From positions 94,736,001 through 94,800,000 of the forward strand of contig NC_042999.1 in NCBI RefSeq assembly GCF_006345805.1: DNA of 64,000 bases, in the 5' to 3' direction. Of this stretch, positions 11,358 through 23,737 are shown one piece after another. Source of the stretch: Octopus sinensis. Its lineage: Eukaryota. The translations under genes and the position numbers were made by a program. Under the pieces are notes generated by a model. The model did not search any database and was not told where the DNA came from. It worked only from the letters and a program-made list of their open reading frames with translations. Numbering within the stretch: the first letter of the stretch is position 1; each line of letters starts with the position of its first letter.

Positions 11358-12819
11358 TCACACACACACAAACACAATTTCACACACACACACACACTCA
11401 AACACTTTCATACATTTTCCCTGTGATAAATAGTGTACGACTGTCGTTCAATATAGTCGAACCAGAAACCATGCAACAATTATTCCCGACCGAATCGTTG
11501 ACGACTAACATCCATTTCTATATGCAGACGTATAATTGTAAAACTGTATAACTGCCTAAAGTCAAATTGTACATGGTTCGACATTTACTACATGGATATA
11601 TTAAAGAAGAACAGGTAATAGATCAGTAATGTTTCCATCGACTCTATTCTATTTGATTAAAATTCGTTTCCTTTTAACATTTTTACATGAGAAGTCACAT
11701 TTCACGGACAAACAAACAGGAGATCTGTATGAATCAGTAGAAGATCTAAGCTGCCAGTAGGCCGAATCCACGTACAATTTCGATTCGCTGTCAAAATAAT
11801 TTCACTTCATTTCTATCACCAATTTTTGTGATACAGTCACTGAATTTCTCATATTTACTAAAAAAAAAAATACCTGGCCTTGTGCCAATGGACAAACTCC
11901 ATCCGGCCCGACTAGAGTAAAAGAAAATGTTCTCTCAGGAAATTAAACCATGTTGTGACGTCTATTGAACCTGATATTTGTATTGAAACAAGGAAAACAA
12001 CAGACACATCTCTAAATATAACATCATATACATCATTGCTAATGAATTCCCTAATGACATAGATAGGAAAGTAAAACCGATCGATACAAACCAACCAACT
12101 AACCAACAATCAGCCAACTATTCTGAGCCGCAGATGTAGAAAATTCTATAAATTTCCTACCGGAGTTCACTTTGTAATTTTCAGAAGTCATAAAATGTAA
12201 TTATATTTCTATTTTAAAATGTATCTATAAATTATTCATTTAGAAACAAATGTTATATTTACGAGAGAAAGAACTTTCAGTCATCGCTAATATTCATCAG
12301 TAACAAGTGAGATAAACAATGGTCTCACTGTTATAATTCATGAAACATTATTCTGATTTTAACGAAACTCATCGTGATTCATAAATCTAAGATTCATGCA
12401 TGCATTCCTACGATTATTTATGTCTGAGTGAGAGTTTCTTCTTTTTTTTTTGTTTTTAAATGAACATTTGTTTGTGCATGTTTCTGTTTATGAATTGTGT
12501 GGGTTACTACCATTTTATTTGAAAAGATGATGCACTCAATCACACGCTTCACACACTCAAACTCACATATTGCTGGTTTTGTAAAAATATATATTTGGTT
12601 TATGACTAGTCAATCTTTAACTGATATCTGCGGCCCAAAACCTTCTGTATATTCTTTTTTATTTTTGAAAGTAGTTAGATGTATTTACATTTACTATAAT
12701 TATTTAAACTTATGCAATAAATTTCACTTCTGACTTAATGTGTTACTTTAGCGTGCCTTTTATTTATATCTTTCAATCAACTCTTGTATTTTATTTGGTA
12801 ATAAAAGGCAATAGGCTGG

Positions 12820-13560
12820 TAGTTGCAGAGGAAAGAGAAGTTACACTTCTTGTGGAGGGAGGACTTCCTTACGTAACTCTGTGTAGGAAGAAATAGACTA
12901 AATAGTTTTATGAGGCAAAGTGGCTACTATCAGATCAATAGAAATATAGACAAGATTTTAGAATCATAGGTAAGGTGGTGGGTCTAAGTAAATAAATATT
13001 TGTAAAACAGGTGAAGTATTAATAAAGACATGAAATGAATCTTCTTCAGAGTATTCATTGTGACGTTGGAAGCAAAATGGAAGTTAAATGTAGTGGATAT
13101 ATTAGTAGGAGTATATTGTGTGTCACTTTGGTGGGAAAGTATCAAATGCGATGGTTTTGAGAACTTTGTAACCAGCTTGACAGTGATGCTGAGTGCTTGA
13201 TATGGGTTGGTAAGGGTGATATGGCAGCGCTTTCTACATATATTATTTGCTCCACTACTGCAAATTAACTACTATTAGATTTAACGATTTCGAGGATGTG
13301 AGTTTTAGTTGAATTAGTGACAGGGAGAATCATAACCACTACGCTGTATCGGATGCGTTTGAGGTGAAGTACGTGTAATTTTGAATGCAGTAATGTAGTA
13401 GCTCTGGTTAGTAGGCTGACCTAAGTAACAGAAGATTTTTAGAGATATGAGTCGAACAGAATAAGATTAGGCAGTGCACAAGCAATCGGACAGCGGTTTA
13501 TAAGGTGAAGGTTGGGCAAATGCTGGATTGAAATACAAGAAAAATATCAAGAATATTTGC
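12820..13560 (-). mobile_element. Old LINE-like (CR1/L2-type) remnant
   Basis: Purine-skewed, frame-broken sequence resembling the 3' part of a CR1-like ORF2; no intact motif. Confidence 0.3.
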
Positions 13561-14412
13561 AAAGCTCACAAGACATTCTTTCTTTACAGACTTTCCCGTG
13601 AAAGTTCACTATTAAGAATCAAAAACTGCGTACAATGTAGCAGAATTTTAAATTAAACACGCAGGTTTTAATTTGTCACAGACAAATATGAATACCTGAC
13701 AGATTAGGAAGAATTTAATGGTCAAAATTGATATTCCGGTACTCAGGTTTACACTACACAGGTCGGCCATGCCTACTATAAAGAGGCAACAGCACACCCA
13801 TATCTTGCCATACATGCAGAGTAATTATGAAAATTGTACGAGCGCGAAAGATAAATTTGAGAACTTTTAATTTCCAAATTTCAAGGAGCTCAAACGAAAA
13901 TTTGAAACGTTTTCGAGAACAAAGATAAATGTAGAACATTCGCGTTTTCAGTATATGATAAAAAGGAAAGCAATTCATCCTTAAAGATGTGAGTGTGTAA
14001 GTGTGTGTGGGTGTATAAAAAAGTATTTAACAGAATATTTTAAGAATAATATCCTATATACCAGTTTATATGACTTTCAGGAGATATAATAATACTATGT
14101 CTCTAGATGTAGTATAATAGTGTCTGTACTGTTTTGTACTGTGCCAAAAAAAAGAAAAGAAAAAAGAAGCAGGAAAAAAAAACTAGAAAGAATTAAAGCA
14201 GTAACCATACTTCTCAGAAAGATGTTTTCTGATTTATACTGAATAGAAGCAACAGGGGAAATAATTATTATCCAAGACGAGTCTTGGTTGTTGTTATACG
14301 ATTCTTACTGTCAGCAAAAACACGCACATAGGCTCACACATACATAAATACATGCATACGTCCATATATGCACATACATATATATACATACACACACACA
14401 CACATCTATCTA

Positions 14413-14462
<50 letters not shown>

Positions 14463-14877
14463 TATATTATATGCACAGATACAAACAAACACGCACACAC
14501 ATATATCTATTGGATCAAAGCAATTAGTTTCTTGTGAGTTGCAAAAAAATATGTATGAATAGTTTACTTTGTATATACGTTCAGAAATACAATGAATGAT
14601 AGAAAATATAATAATAACGTTTATGCGCAGCCACTCATACTCATATGCATATGATCGTGCTTCTATCTGATTTTGTGCCTAGATTGCTGGATAGAGAAAC
14701 AGGGTAAATGAAAGAAGGGAGAGGGGAAAGAAAGGTTCGAGGAGAAATATTGAGAATTACTTTGAGAAAGAAAGTAGAATTTAGTGACTTTGTAACGTGA
14801 CTAGTTTGACGGACAGTCAGTTGGTTAGCCTCCTCACAATATAGAAAGGGATAAATAGATAAATACATATATACACT

Positions 14878-14986
<109 letters not shown>

Positions 14987-15531
14987 GGTGATGGGAAAAG
15001 ACAGACAGACAGACAGAGAAACGTGGAGACGTGGTGAGGTAAAAGATCGGTAGGTATGTAAATAGATAGATAATTATGCTGGTATTGAAGAGAAAGCTTC
15101 AAAGAAATGAAACTATGTATATAAGTAAATCATGTATACCAAAGTTCAAGTAAATATACGAGTAAAATTAGAAAAAACAAAACAAAACAAAGACTGAGAG
15201 AGAGTGGGACAGTGATTCTGAAAACATAATAATATAGGGTCATAGACAAAAATATAGGAAATATCTAGGCAGAAAATGGAATTATCTACAGTATTTCTTA
15301 AACTTAAATGCTTTTCTCTTTAAAATATTAATAGAGAAATCAGTTAAATCAACATTCATTCAGATCAAGTGGGACATGAACAAAATAAAACGCATGAAAT
15401 GTATTTCCCCAAAGAATGTTCATCACATAAGCCTTTTAATGGTGCATATCATATTTATCAAAGCTCGGCTTAATGAAGGTAATGGCATTTATTGTCTCTG
15501 TATGTGTGTCTATATAATATATTATGTACTG

Positions 15532-15598
<67 letters not shown>

Positions 15599-16084
15599 GC
15601 ATACATACATAGTACATGTGTGCGAGTGTGTGTGTTTGGTCGTCGGAACAGAGGAAAAGAACTAATTAGGATCATGTGGTTACACACACCCGCATATATA
15701 TATATACATACACACACATATATATATGTATGATTGTATGTATATACATATATTTTCAAATATGGATTAGAAGCAGCTTGAGGGATATAAGTAATATAGA
15801 ACGCGCATATACGAGGTGTATGCTTACTTTGCTAGTTCTAGGGTAGGCTGCGCTTACAGGCGTAAAAGAATATGTTCTCCTCAGTGCGTTAGGTGCTAAA
15901 ATACTTCCACGTCATAAACAAACTCGCATCCGGTCCATTTCAGGAGCCATTAACATCGTTGATTCGTAATTTTTCTAACTTGTCAATACCGCGTTCAGTT
16001 TGTTGCTCGATGCGATGCATACATTCGCGGGGTGCAGTGAAAATTTTTCTTCCCATCAATATGATTCTTGGTTCAGTCTGACTG

Positions 16085-16401
16085 CTTGCCACCTTCCAAG
16101 AGCGTATTCTAATATATCCCCGAACCAGTCAAAGCCTTGTGAGTGGACTTGGTAGATGTAAACTCAAAGAAACCGCGTGTGTATCGTTGGGGATTTTCTT
16201 TCTCTGGCTACCCTTCCTTGGTCTTTTCCTTTTTTCTATATTTCTGACGAAGAGCTCCGCTCGAAACGTTAAATCCTCCTTCTTTCTTTCCTTTCCTGAG
16301 CGTCCAATAACACGTCCTCGCGTTGTTGTTTTCTCTTTGTTCATGTTTGGATTAACTATATATATATATACACACACACACACATATATATACATACACA
16401 C

Positions 16402-16432
<31 letters not shown>

Positions 16433-16695
16433 CACAAACATATATATATATGCATGCATGTATGTATGTGTGTGTGTGTTTATGTGTCCTTATGTATGAA
16501 TTTGTCCTAGACCAACGCTTGATAACTGGTGTTGAATTTTTCATGTCCCCATATTGTTGCTGTTCAAACTAAGACCGATAGAAAAAAGTACCAGGCTTTA
16601 AAAACCGTACAGAGGTTGATTTGTTCTGTCTAAACCTTCCAATGTGGTGTCTCAGCATAGCTGCAGTCTAATGGCTGAAGGGAGTAAAAAGTAAA
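16085..16695 (+). mobile_element. SINE family B copy with an H1 hammerhead element nested at its internal microsatellite
   Basis: 5' part caaagccttgtgagtggacttggtaga (16131-16157), then H1 (16186-16357), then (TA/CA)n, then the 3' half cgcttgataactggtg...gaccgataga...gctgcagtctaatggctgaa (16510-16690). Confidence 0.75.
16240..16274 (+). ncRNA. Minimal type-I hammerhead ribozyme motif, core intact
   Basis: AUUU / CUGACGA / A / GAGC-UCC-GCUC / GAAAC / GUU ^ AAAU: 4-bp stem I, 4-bp stem II, loop-less stem III within the palindrome AACGUU. Confidence 0.7.
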
Positions 16696-18980
16696 CCATA
16701 AAATATACATTCATTCATCATGTGCAACAGAAGAGATATTACGTTAATAAAGCTATATGTATATCATGCTTAACGTCTTGATCGATGACAATAAATTTTT
16801 TCTGAGCATGCGTTTCCAGTCAGGACATGCTTTTGACAACGCTGAAAGAGTTAGAAACACATACATCGTACCTCCACCAGCCACTGCTAGACAATTTTCG
16901 TCTGCCTCCGGTAAATATTGTTTTTTGAAACAACACACATCAATCATAGTTATCATTGCAGGGCGAATACCGCAGTAAATTGAACTTTACTTTAATTAGG
17001 ATAGGCAGATAGCTATGATAGGCAGATGCGTGGGTGCGTAAATATACGCACATACATACATGTATTTATATATGTGTATGTGAGAATGTATTTATGTATG
17101 TATTTATATATCGCAAGTACATTTACATATACTTATACATACACAACATTACTATTTAGTTGTAAAGCTATGTAAGTAACACACCACCGAGCATTCCGTA
17201 CATAACATTTGTCTAACTCTTTGATAAGTGCAAAACACGATAGACGTGTGTGTTTCTGTGCATATATATGTGTGTATTCACATATACAAAAAAAAACATA
17301 CATATATATTTATTTGTATTTACGCATGTGTCTGTTGGAAAGCATACACTTGGTATTATTTGTTTATAGGAAAATAAATATTCCTTTAGACTTGTGAATG
17401 TGTATGAATATATTCGTATGTCTGTATTCATAAATGTATGCTGGCTAGAGTTCAGAGTTCTGATATTACAGACATCTCTCTGTGTCTGTCGCCAACAGAA
17501 ACATTAATCACACTCAATGTTTAGAAGTCTTTCAACTAAACTCGTAATTTCAAAGCCACCAACATTTCTAGGCACTTGAATTAATATTAATCTGCTTTTT
17601 ACCCATCCCATATATCATTGAATTAACCGAACTACCATTGAATAGAGCTATTGATTCGTATGTAAGCACTGCTACATATTTTCAGGAAGGCTAATACCGT
17701 AATTAACCAAGTTATTATATTTCATAGGAAAACATTCTTTTCTGAAACTTCTTTTGACGCTCCTTACATAACTTTGTCCATTCACACATTTCTTTTCACT
17801 ATTATTTATTTATTTCTGTTATTATCAAATATCTGCATAGTTAGACACGAATTGCAGCAAAAACATATGGCACATGATACGTATACATCAAATATCATAA
17901 ATCTTGTTCGACAATATATTTCGTTGCCACACTTGTGTTCAGTACTGATACAACATGCATTAACTGTGCTCAAATGCTTCTCGAATTCCTCTACGCAGTT
18001 TAAAATTTCAAGTCTCAAAAACTAGGCCCTATCAGCCATGAATAACTTTTTAAGAGTTCTTATCCAGGTTTGTCTTACTACACATCTTTAAAAGAAATTT
18101 ATTGCTGAAACTTATCAGTTGCAGTTCTTCTTAGAAATTTATCAATACCATCTTACAACTCAACCTTTACTTTTTTGATTAATCTATGTTGTCGTTCTTC
18201 TGAACTAAAGTCTGACATTTGAAATCCGAGCACAAAACGAAAGTCCTTATATCATGTATATAGTCATGTATATCAATGTAGATTATACCGCTTTGACAGT
18301 GACGTCTACTGTGTTACTATATAACTATGTCTGGAGTTATTATTAAGAAAGTATTCATATCCTTATAGGCACACATAAAAGTTCATAATACACACATACA
18401 CGCACACACAGAAATACACACACATACACATAAAAGATACAGACATACACATACATATTTATCTGCGTATACGGGTGTACAACTGTCTGTATGTCATGAC
18501 TATAATTATATTAATAAATGTACCGAGTATACATATCCTATGAATATATTTATTGGTATATCTATGCGTATGTATTTGTGTGTGCGTGTGTTTGTATGTA
18601 TGTGTGAGTATTTGTGTGTGTTTTCGTGCGTGCGCGCGCATGTGCATGTGTGACTATGTGTAAGTATCTAATTAAGAAACCAAAGACCTAACCAAGAGAC
18701 TATTGCCATGTATTTTAATAATTTCTTGAATTTTCAAGATTAGTTTTATCTCAGAATGTTTTCTGCTCTCTGCTCTACTGAATTTTACAACAAAGATATT
18801 CTATAATTTTCAGTTTGTTTTAGAAGAAACGATAGTTGCTATAACTCTTACACAAGTTCTAAAACTGATGATAGTGATATATGTGAAATGTTAACATACC
18901 TTATGCTCAATTCGCCATTTCTGAACTGGTATCAAGAAGAAATACATACAAAGGATGAATTAAAAATGGTAGCAGTCAAT

Positions 18981-19396
18981 ACTCTTTTACTTGTTTCAGG
19001 CATTTGACTGTGGTCATGCTGGAGCACCGCCTTTAGTCGAGCAAATCAACCCCAGGACTTATTCTTTGTAAGCCTAGTACTTATTTTATCGGCCTCTTTT
19101 GCCGAACAGCTAAGTTACTGGGACGTAAACACACCAGCAACGGTTGTCAAGCGATGCTGGGAGGGGGGCGGCAAACACAGACACACTAACATACACACAC
19201 ACACACATACACACGCATATATATATATATATACATATATACGTCGGGCTTCTTTCAGTTTCCATCTACCAAATCCACTCACAAGGCTTTGGTCGGCCCG
19301 ATGCTATAGTAGAAGACACTTGCCCAAGGTGCCACGCAGTGGGACTGAACCCAGAACCGTGTGGTTCGTAAGCAAGCTACTTACCACACAGCCACT
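18981..19396 (-). mobile_element. Near full-length SINE family B: tRNA-like head, CORE-like segment, internal (TA)n(TG)n, 3' half and (AAAGAGT)-type tail
   Basis: Minus strand: agtggctgtgtggtaagtagcttgc (A-box-like), gggttcagtcccac (B-box-like), gcaccttgggcaagtgtctt (CORE-like). Possibly related to the described octopus OR-type SINEs; family name not verified. Confidence 0.9.
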
Positions 19397-19920
19397 TACA
19401 AAATTATTGCTAAATACGTATAGATGTAACCGAAGAGACATAAAAAGGGTTTTGGTAATTGGATAGATTTAGCACTGATGACAATCGAGTTGATAAAATA
19501 GTATGGTCCGATACCTTACTTATCAAAATATAGTGAAGACTTACAAAATAGGTAAATGAAATTTCTTTTCATATGCAATGCATATGCATAAATTCACTGC
19601 ATCAACCCACATAGTCATCATTATTTTAATTAGTATAGAATACACTTATGCCTCGTAGAATATCAAAGTCCTTTTGATCTTAGATCAAACTCCTTTATTC
19701 AGTTTTGTCTGTTTGATAGTACATGAAGAAGGTTACGAAACGGCCGTAACCCTATGGAAATCGCGTGTTTAAATAAATCTATATTTACCTCTCATACGTT
19801 CTGTCTATGTTTATATGTATGTATGTCTGTGTCTGTGTCTGTCAGTTTGTCTGTCTGTCTGTCTGTCTTTATATATGTATGTGAGTGTGTGTTTCTATGT
19901 TTGTGCATATATATATATAT

Positions 19921-20115
19921 TATTTTACTTGCATCAGTCACTTGATTGCTGCCGTGCTGGAGCACTGCCCGAAAGGTTTCTTTTGTCGAAGAAATCGACC
20001 ACGGAACTTATACTTTCCACCACATTTGCCGAAGCGCTATGGTACGAGGACGTAAACACACCCACAACGGTTGTCAAGCGATTGTGGGGGACAAACATAG
20101 GCACAAAGACATACC
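19921..20115 (-). mobile_element. SINE family B 3' half, degenerate
   Basis: gctggagcactgcc...gacgtaaacacacccacaacggttgtcaagcgat matches 19010-19155. Confidence 0.8.
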
Positions 20116-20215
20116 ACACACATATATAAATCCACATAAATATATACATATATATCCACATATATATATATATATATATATATTTATGTGTGTGTGTATA
20201 CACATACTCATATAT

Positions 20216-20277
<62 letters not shown>

Positions 20278-20750
20278 TAAATTTCGTTTCTCCTTATAGG
20301 AATCGAAAAATAAAATAAAGCTGCAAATAGAAGTGCTCAAGTAAAAAAAAAACGAGGCAAAAGACTAACTCAATGATTAAAAAAAATAAACATCTTGAAT
20401 TCCTCCTTGCACTTTATGATGAATATTATTCTGGATTCCTTTTAACTTTTATAGCTTAACTATCTTATTTTTAAATTTTTTTAGTCGCCTTGCTATATGT
20501 ATATATTCATATTTTCTTCATGTATTTTCATAATACGCATCGCTCTTTTCAAGTCTTTCACACATTAATATATGCGTTTATATGTATATTCTTATACCTT
20601 CGGGTTCTGTATGCTGATCGTCCTGGTATTTTAATATGTATTTATGTATATTCGACAGTGTGAATATATGGGTATGATATAAAGTTGTTTGCCCAATTCC
20701 GATGTTTATTTTTTAACCACTGAGTTTATATATAGACACGTGTGTATGTG

Positions 20751-20806
<56 letters not shown>

Positions 20807-21310
20807 TGCGTGTGTGTATGTGTGTGTATTTATGTATCGCAAAGGCTATACATATAATATTACTGCACACATTCCATTTTCACAAGAACAGGCAGCCTTA
20901 AAGACATACATACTTCCCACAAACTCTTTTCCAGAAAACTCTTGCTGACTTACAATAAAAACCATTCACGGAAACAATGTTTTGGTACCAAGGATCGTAA
21001 CTCTTAACTTAATCTCCGGCTCGAATCGTTTCATCACCTCTTTTATAGCAACCACAAATTTGATTTGTCTTTGTACCTCCAAAAATAGAGCAGTTGTCAT
21101 ATTTCATTCCATAAAGGTTACCTCTGTTGAGCGCAGGGTTATATAATTGGACTGTTACGTAACATCCCGTTGAACACCTAATTCGAAACTGCACTGGATA
21201 TATAATACTGTATACTTTAAATGTGTGTGTCTGTGTTGCTAATAAAGCTGCAAGGACATCGACATCACAAAAAATGTTCTTCAGAGTTTAATAAAGTATA
21301 TTATTCTGCC

Positions 21311-21536
21311 TGGCAGAATCGTTAGCACGCCGGGCGAAATGCGTAGCCGTATTTCGTATGCCGTTACGTTCTGAGTTCAAATTCCACCGAGGTTGACTTT
21401 GCCTTTCATCCTTTCGGGGTCGATAAATTAAGTACTAGTTACGCAGTGGGATCTATGTAATCGACTTAATCATTTGTCTGTCCTTGTTTGTCCTCTCTGT
21501 GCTTAGCCCCTTGTGGGTAGTAAAGAAATAGGTATT
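21311..21536 (+). mobile_element. SINE family A, well-preserved copy
   Basis: tggcagaatcgttagc (A-box-like), gagttcaaattcc (B-box-like), tcatcctttcggggtcgataaattaagtac, tail ...gggtagtaaagaaataggt. Confidence 0.9.
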
Positions 21537-21596
21537 CGAGTACTTTTTCCCACCTTGTTTCACATTTATTTGTTTACTCTGGCATAAATATATATA

Positions 21597-21861
21597 CTAG
21601 CAGTATCGCCCGGCGTTGCGGTTTGTTTAGACCCTTTAGAATTGGAATTTTTGAAAAGTAAAATTTGGCAGTATGGAGCTTGTTATTCTCTTTAAGTGAA
21701 ATACACCGAAAAATGGCGACACAGCAGTCAAAACATCGTAAAAAATAGGGATTTTCATAGAAAGAAGGCACCTTTTTGATGTAAATAATTTTTGATGTTA
21801 ACATGGTCCGATTTGAATTTTTTCTTCTACGGAAGGAAGAGTTAGCCTTCTTCTATCATAT

Positions 21862-21904
<43 letters not shown>

Positions 21905-23737
21905 GTGTGTGTATGTATATATGTATGTATATATGTATATATATTATGGCTGGCCCCTCGTTATCGAGTATGGCCATTACACGAATCTTAACTGTTACTG
22001 GTGCTGTGATTGAATGTGACTTTTTAGCCCAGATAAAGATCTACAATGTCTTGTACAAAATTGGCAGCTAAAACATAAACTGGTAATAGCCGGCTGTAGT
22101 TGTAACTGGGTTTCGTGTACCTTTGCATGTCGTTTAAGTCCTCCTGCCGAATTACACTCTCTTCCACATGACCGACAGATATGATTAGTATGGTGTGTTA
22201 TACCACCACCAGTGGTCAGGTTGTTACTCATCTGTCTCGTTTTATGACTACGAAGATGACTCCAGCTTTACTGAGCCGGGGTCTTGCAACAGCGATGCCC
22301 TTCCTGACATCCCTCCTTACTTTCTCATGTGCAACTTGAGATTTCTCAAGAGTGGCTGTCCCCTCATGCACAATCCTTCTCCACCTGCTACGATCAATAG
22401 CTATGCCTTCCCATGTGTCAGGAGAGATGCAAGCATCTCTTAAGGAAGCCTTCAGCAAGTCCTTATACGTCTTTTTTTGGTTTATGTGGAGGTCGTTCTC
22501 CTGTAGCTAACTCTTCATAAAAGAGTTGTTTTGGCATCCTTGAATCCTTCATTCTGACCAGATGACCACTCCATCTGAGCCTTTGCTTTAACACAAGAGC
22601 TTCTATACTTTCACACCGAGAGCCTTCCAATATTTCAAGATCACTGATCCGGTCCTTACACTTAATGCCATAGATCCGTTTGAGGCACATCTGATGGAAA
22701 CGTTCCAGTTGTTTAAGGTGGTATCGATATGTGACCCACGTCTCGCAGGCATAGAAAAGAGAAGGGAGCACACATGCCTTGTACACCTTTATCTTTGTCT
22801 TTCTGCATATGTCTCGCCGACTCCAGAGGCGCTTTTCTAGCCTTCCGAAAGCAACACTTGCTTTCCTAATTCTATATGGAGTTTCATCATCCAAATTGCC
22901 ATATCTATTAATAGTGCTTCCCAGGTAGATAAACTGATCAACTACACCCAGTCGTTTACCATACACATAGATATTTGGTACACTATACTGCTTATCAGGG
23001 GCAGGTTGATGCATGACAACAGTTTTCTTGACATTGGCTGTCAATCCCAAGGCAGTGCAAGCATCAGAGAATGCATTCAAAATGTGTTGTATGGTCGGGT
23101 CGTCGGCGACTAAACCGGCAACCCCACCAAGCTTGCTTGGTGAGGAGGATGTTTATTGGACACCCTGCGGGATGAAAAACAAAACCCGTCAAAGAGCGGA
23201 GGAACTCTTGAGAGTCAACGACCATCCAATAAATGTGTAATTTTTTTTTCTTAAGGTTTAAGGCTGTATCATGCGCGGGGACATAGAAATGTGTGTATAT
23301 ATATATATATATTAATACGAAAAAACCCTCCAGGCTACATCCCGAAAATTCATTTCTTTGCCGAATTTCTACAATGTTTACGGCGATTCGTTTTTATATC
23401 TCGATTTTTTTATTTTTCATGCAATTTACGCATGCTTGCACGCGTGGTGAACACAGTTCACGTCAAACAGCTGACTAAGTAAAGTTCACTATTCAATGCA
23501 TAGGATAAGGCCTAAACAAACACATTATCGATTTTGCACTTGCGAGATGAATTTCGGAACAGAAATAGCGCAGTTCAATTTTCATTCGCCTAAACTTTAA
23601 GTGACCCACTTTTGGTGGTTCTACGATTTGTTGGCTAGGAGAAGATGTGCCGGGAAGTTAAACACACAGACACACATACACACACACACAGATACACACA
23701 CAGACACACAAGCTGAGTTTTATATATATATATATAT
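21597..23737 (-). mobile_element. Non-autonomous Helitron (3' CTAG end at 21597) interrupted by an RTE insertion; probable 5' end near 23720-23737
   Basis: ctagcagtatcgcccggcgttgc (21597-21619) is nearly the reverse complement of the 3' end of the complete Helitron at 62195-62217. cacacaagctgagttttatatatata resembles the reverse of its 5' end. That both parts belong to one element is inferred. Confidence 0.6.
21946..23092 (-). mobile_element. RTE (BovB-like) LINE 3' fragment: RT C-terminus, C-terminal domain, two C2H2 fingers, short 3' UTR
   Basis: ORF 22463-23080 has GLTANVKKT, FIYLGSTI, RIRKASVAFGRL, TKIKVYKACVLPSLFYACETW, LERFHQMCLKRIYGI and RLRWSGHLVRMKDSRMPKQLFY. It continues through two frameshifts into ORFs 22228-22458 and 21995-22231. 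Confidence 0.95.

Noticed and set aside
16810-16912. GC-richer block with AG...GTAAAT borders (possible exon; similar blocks at 30059-30133 minus, 35517-35706, 46357-46390 minus, 51402-51478)
   Set aside because: Several frames or strands are open, no family is recognised, and such splice-like words are expected by chance in 64 kb. RNA-seq is needed.
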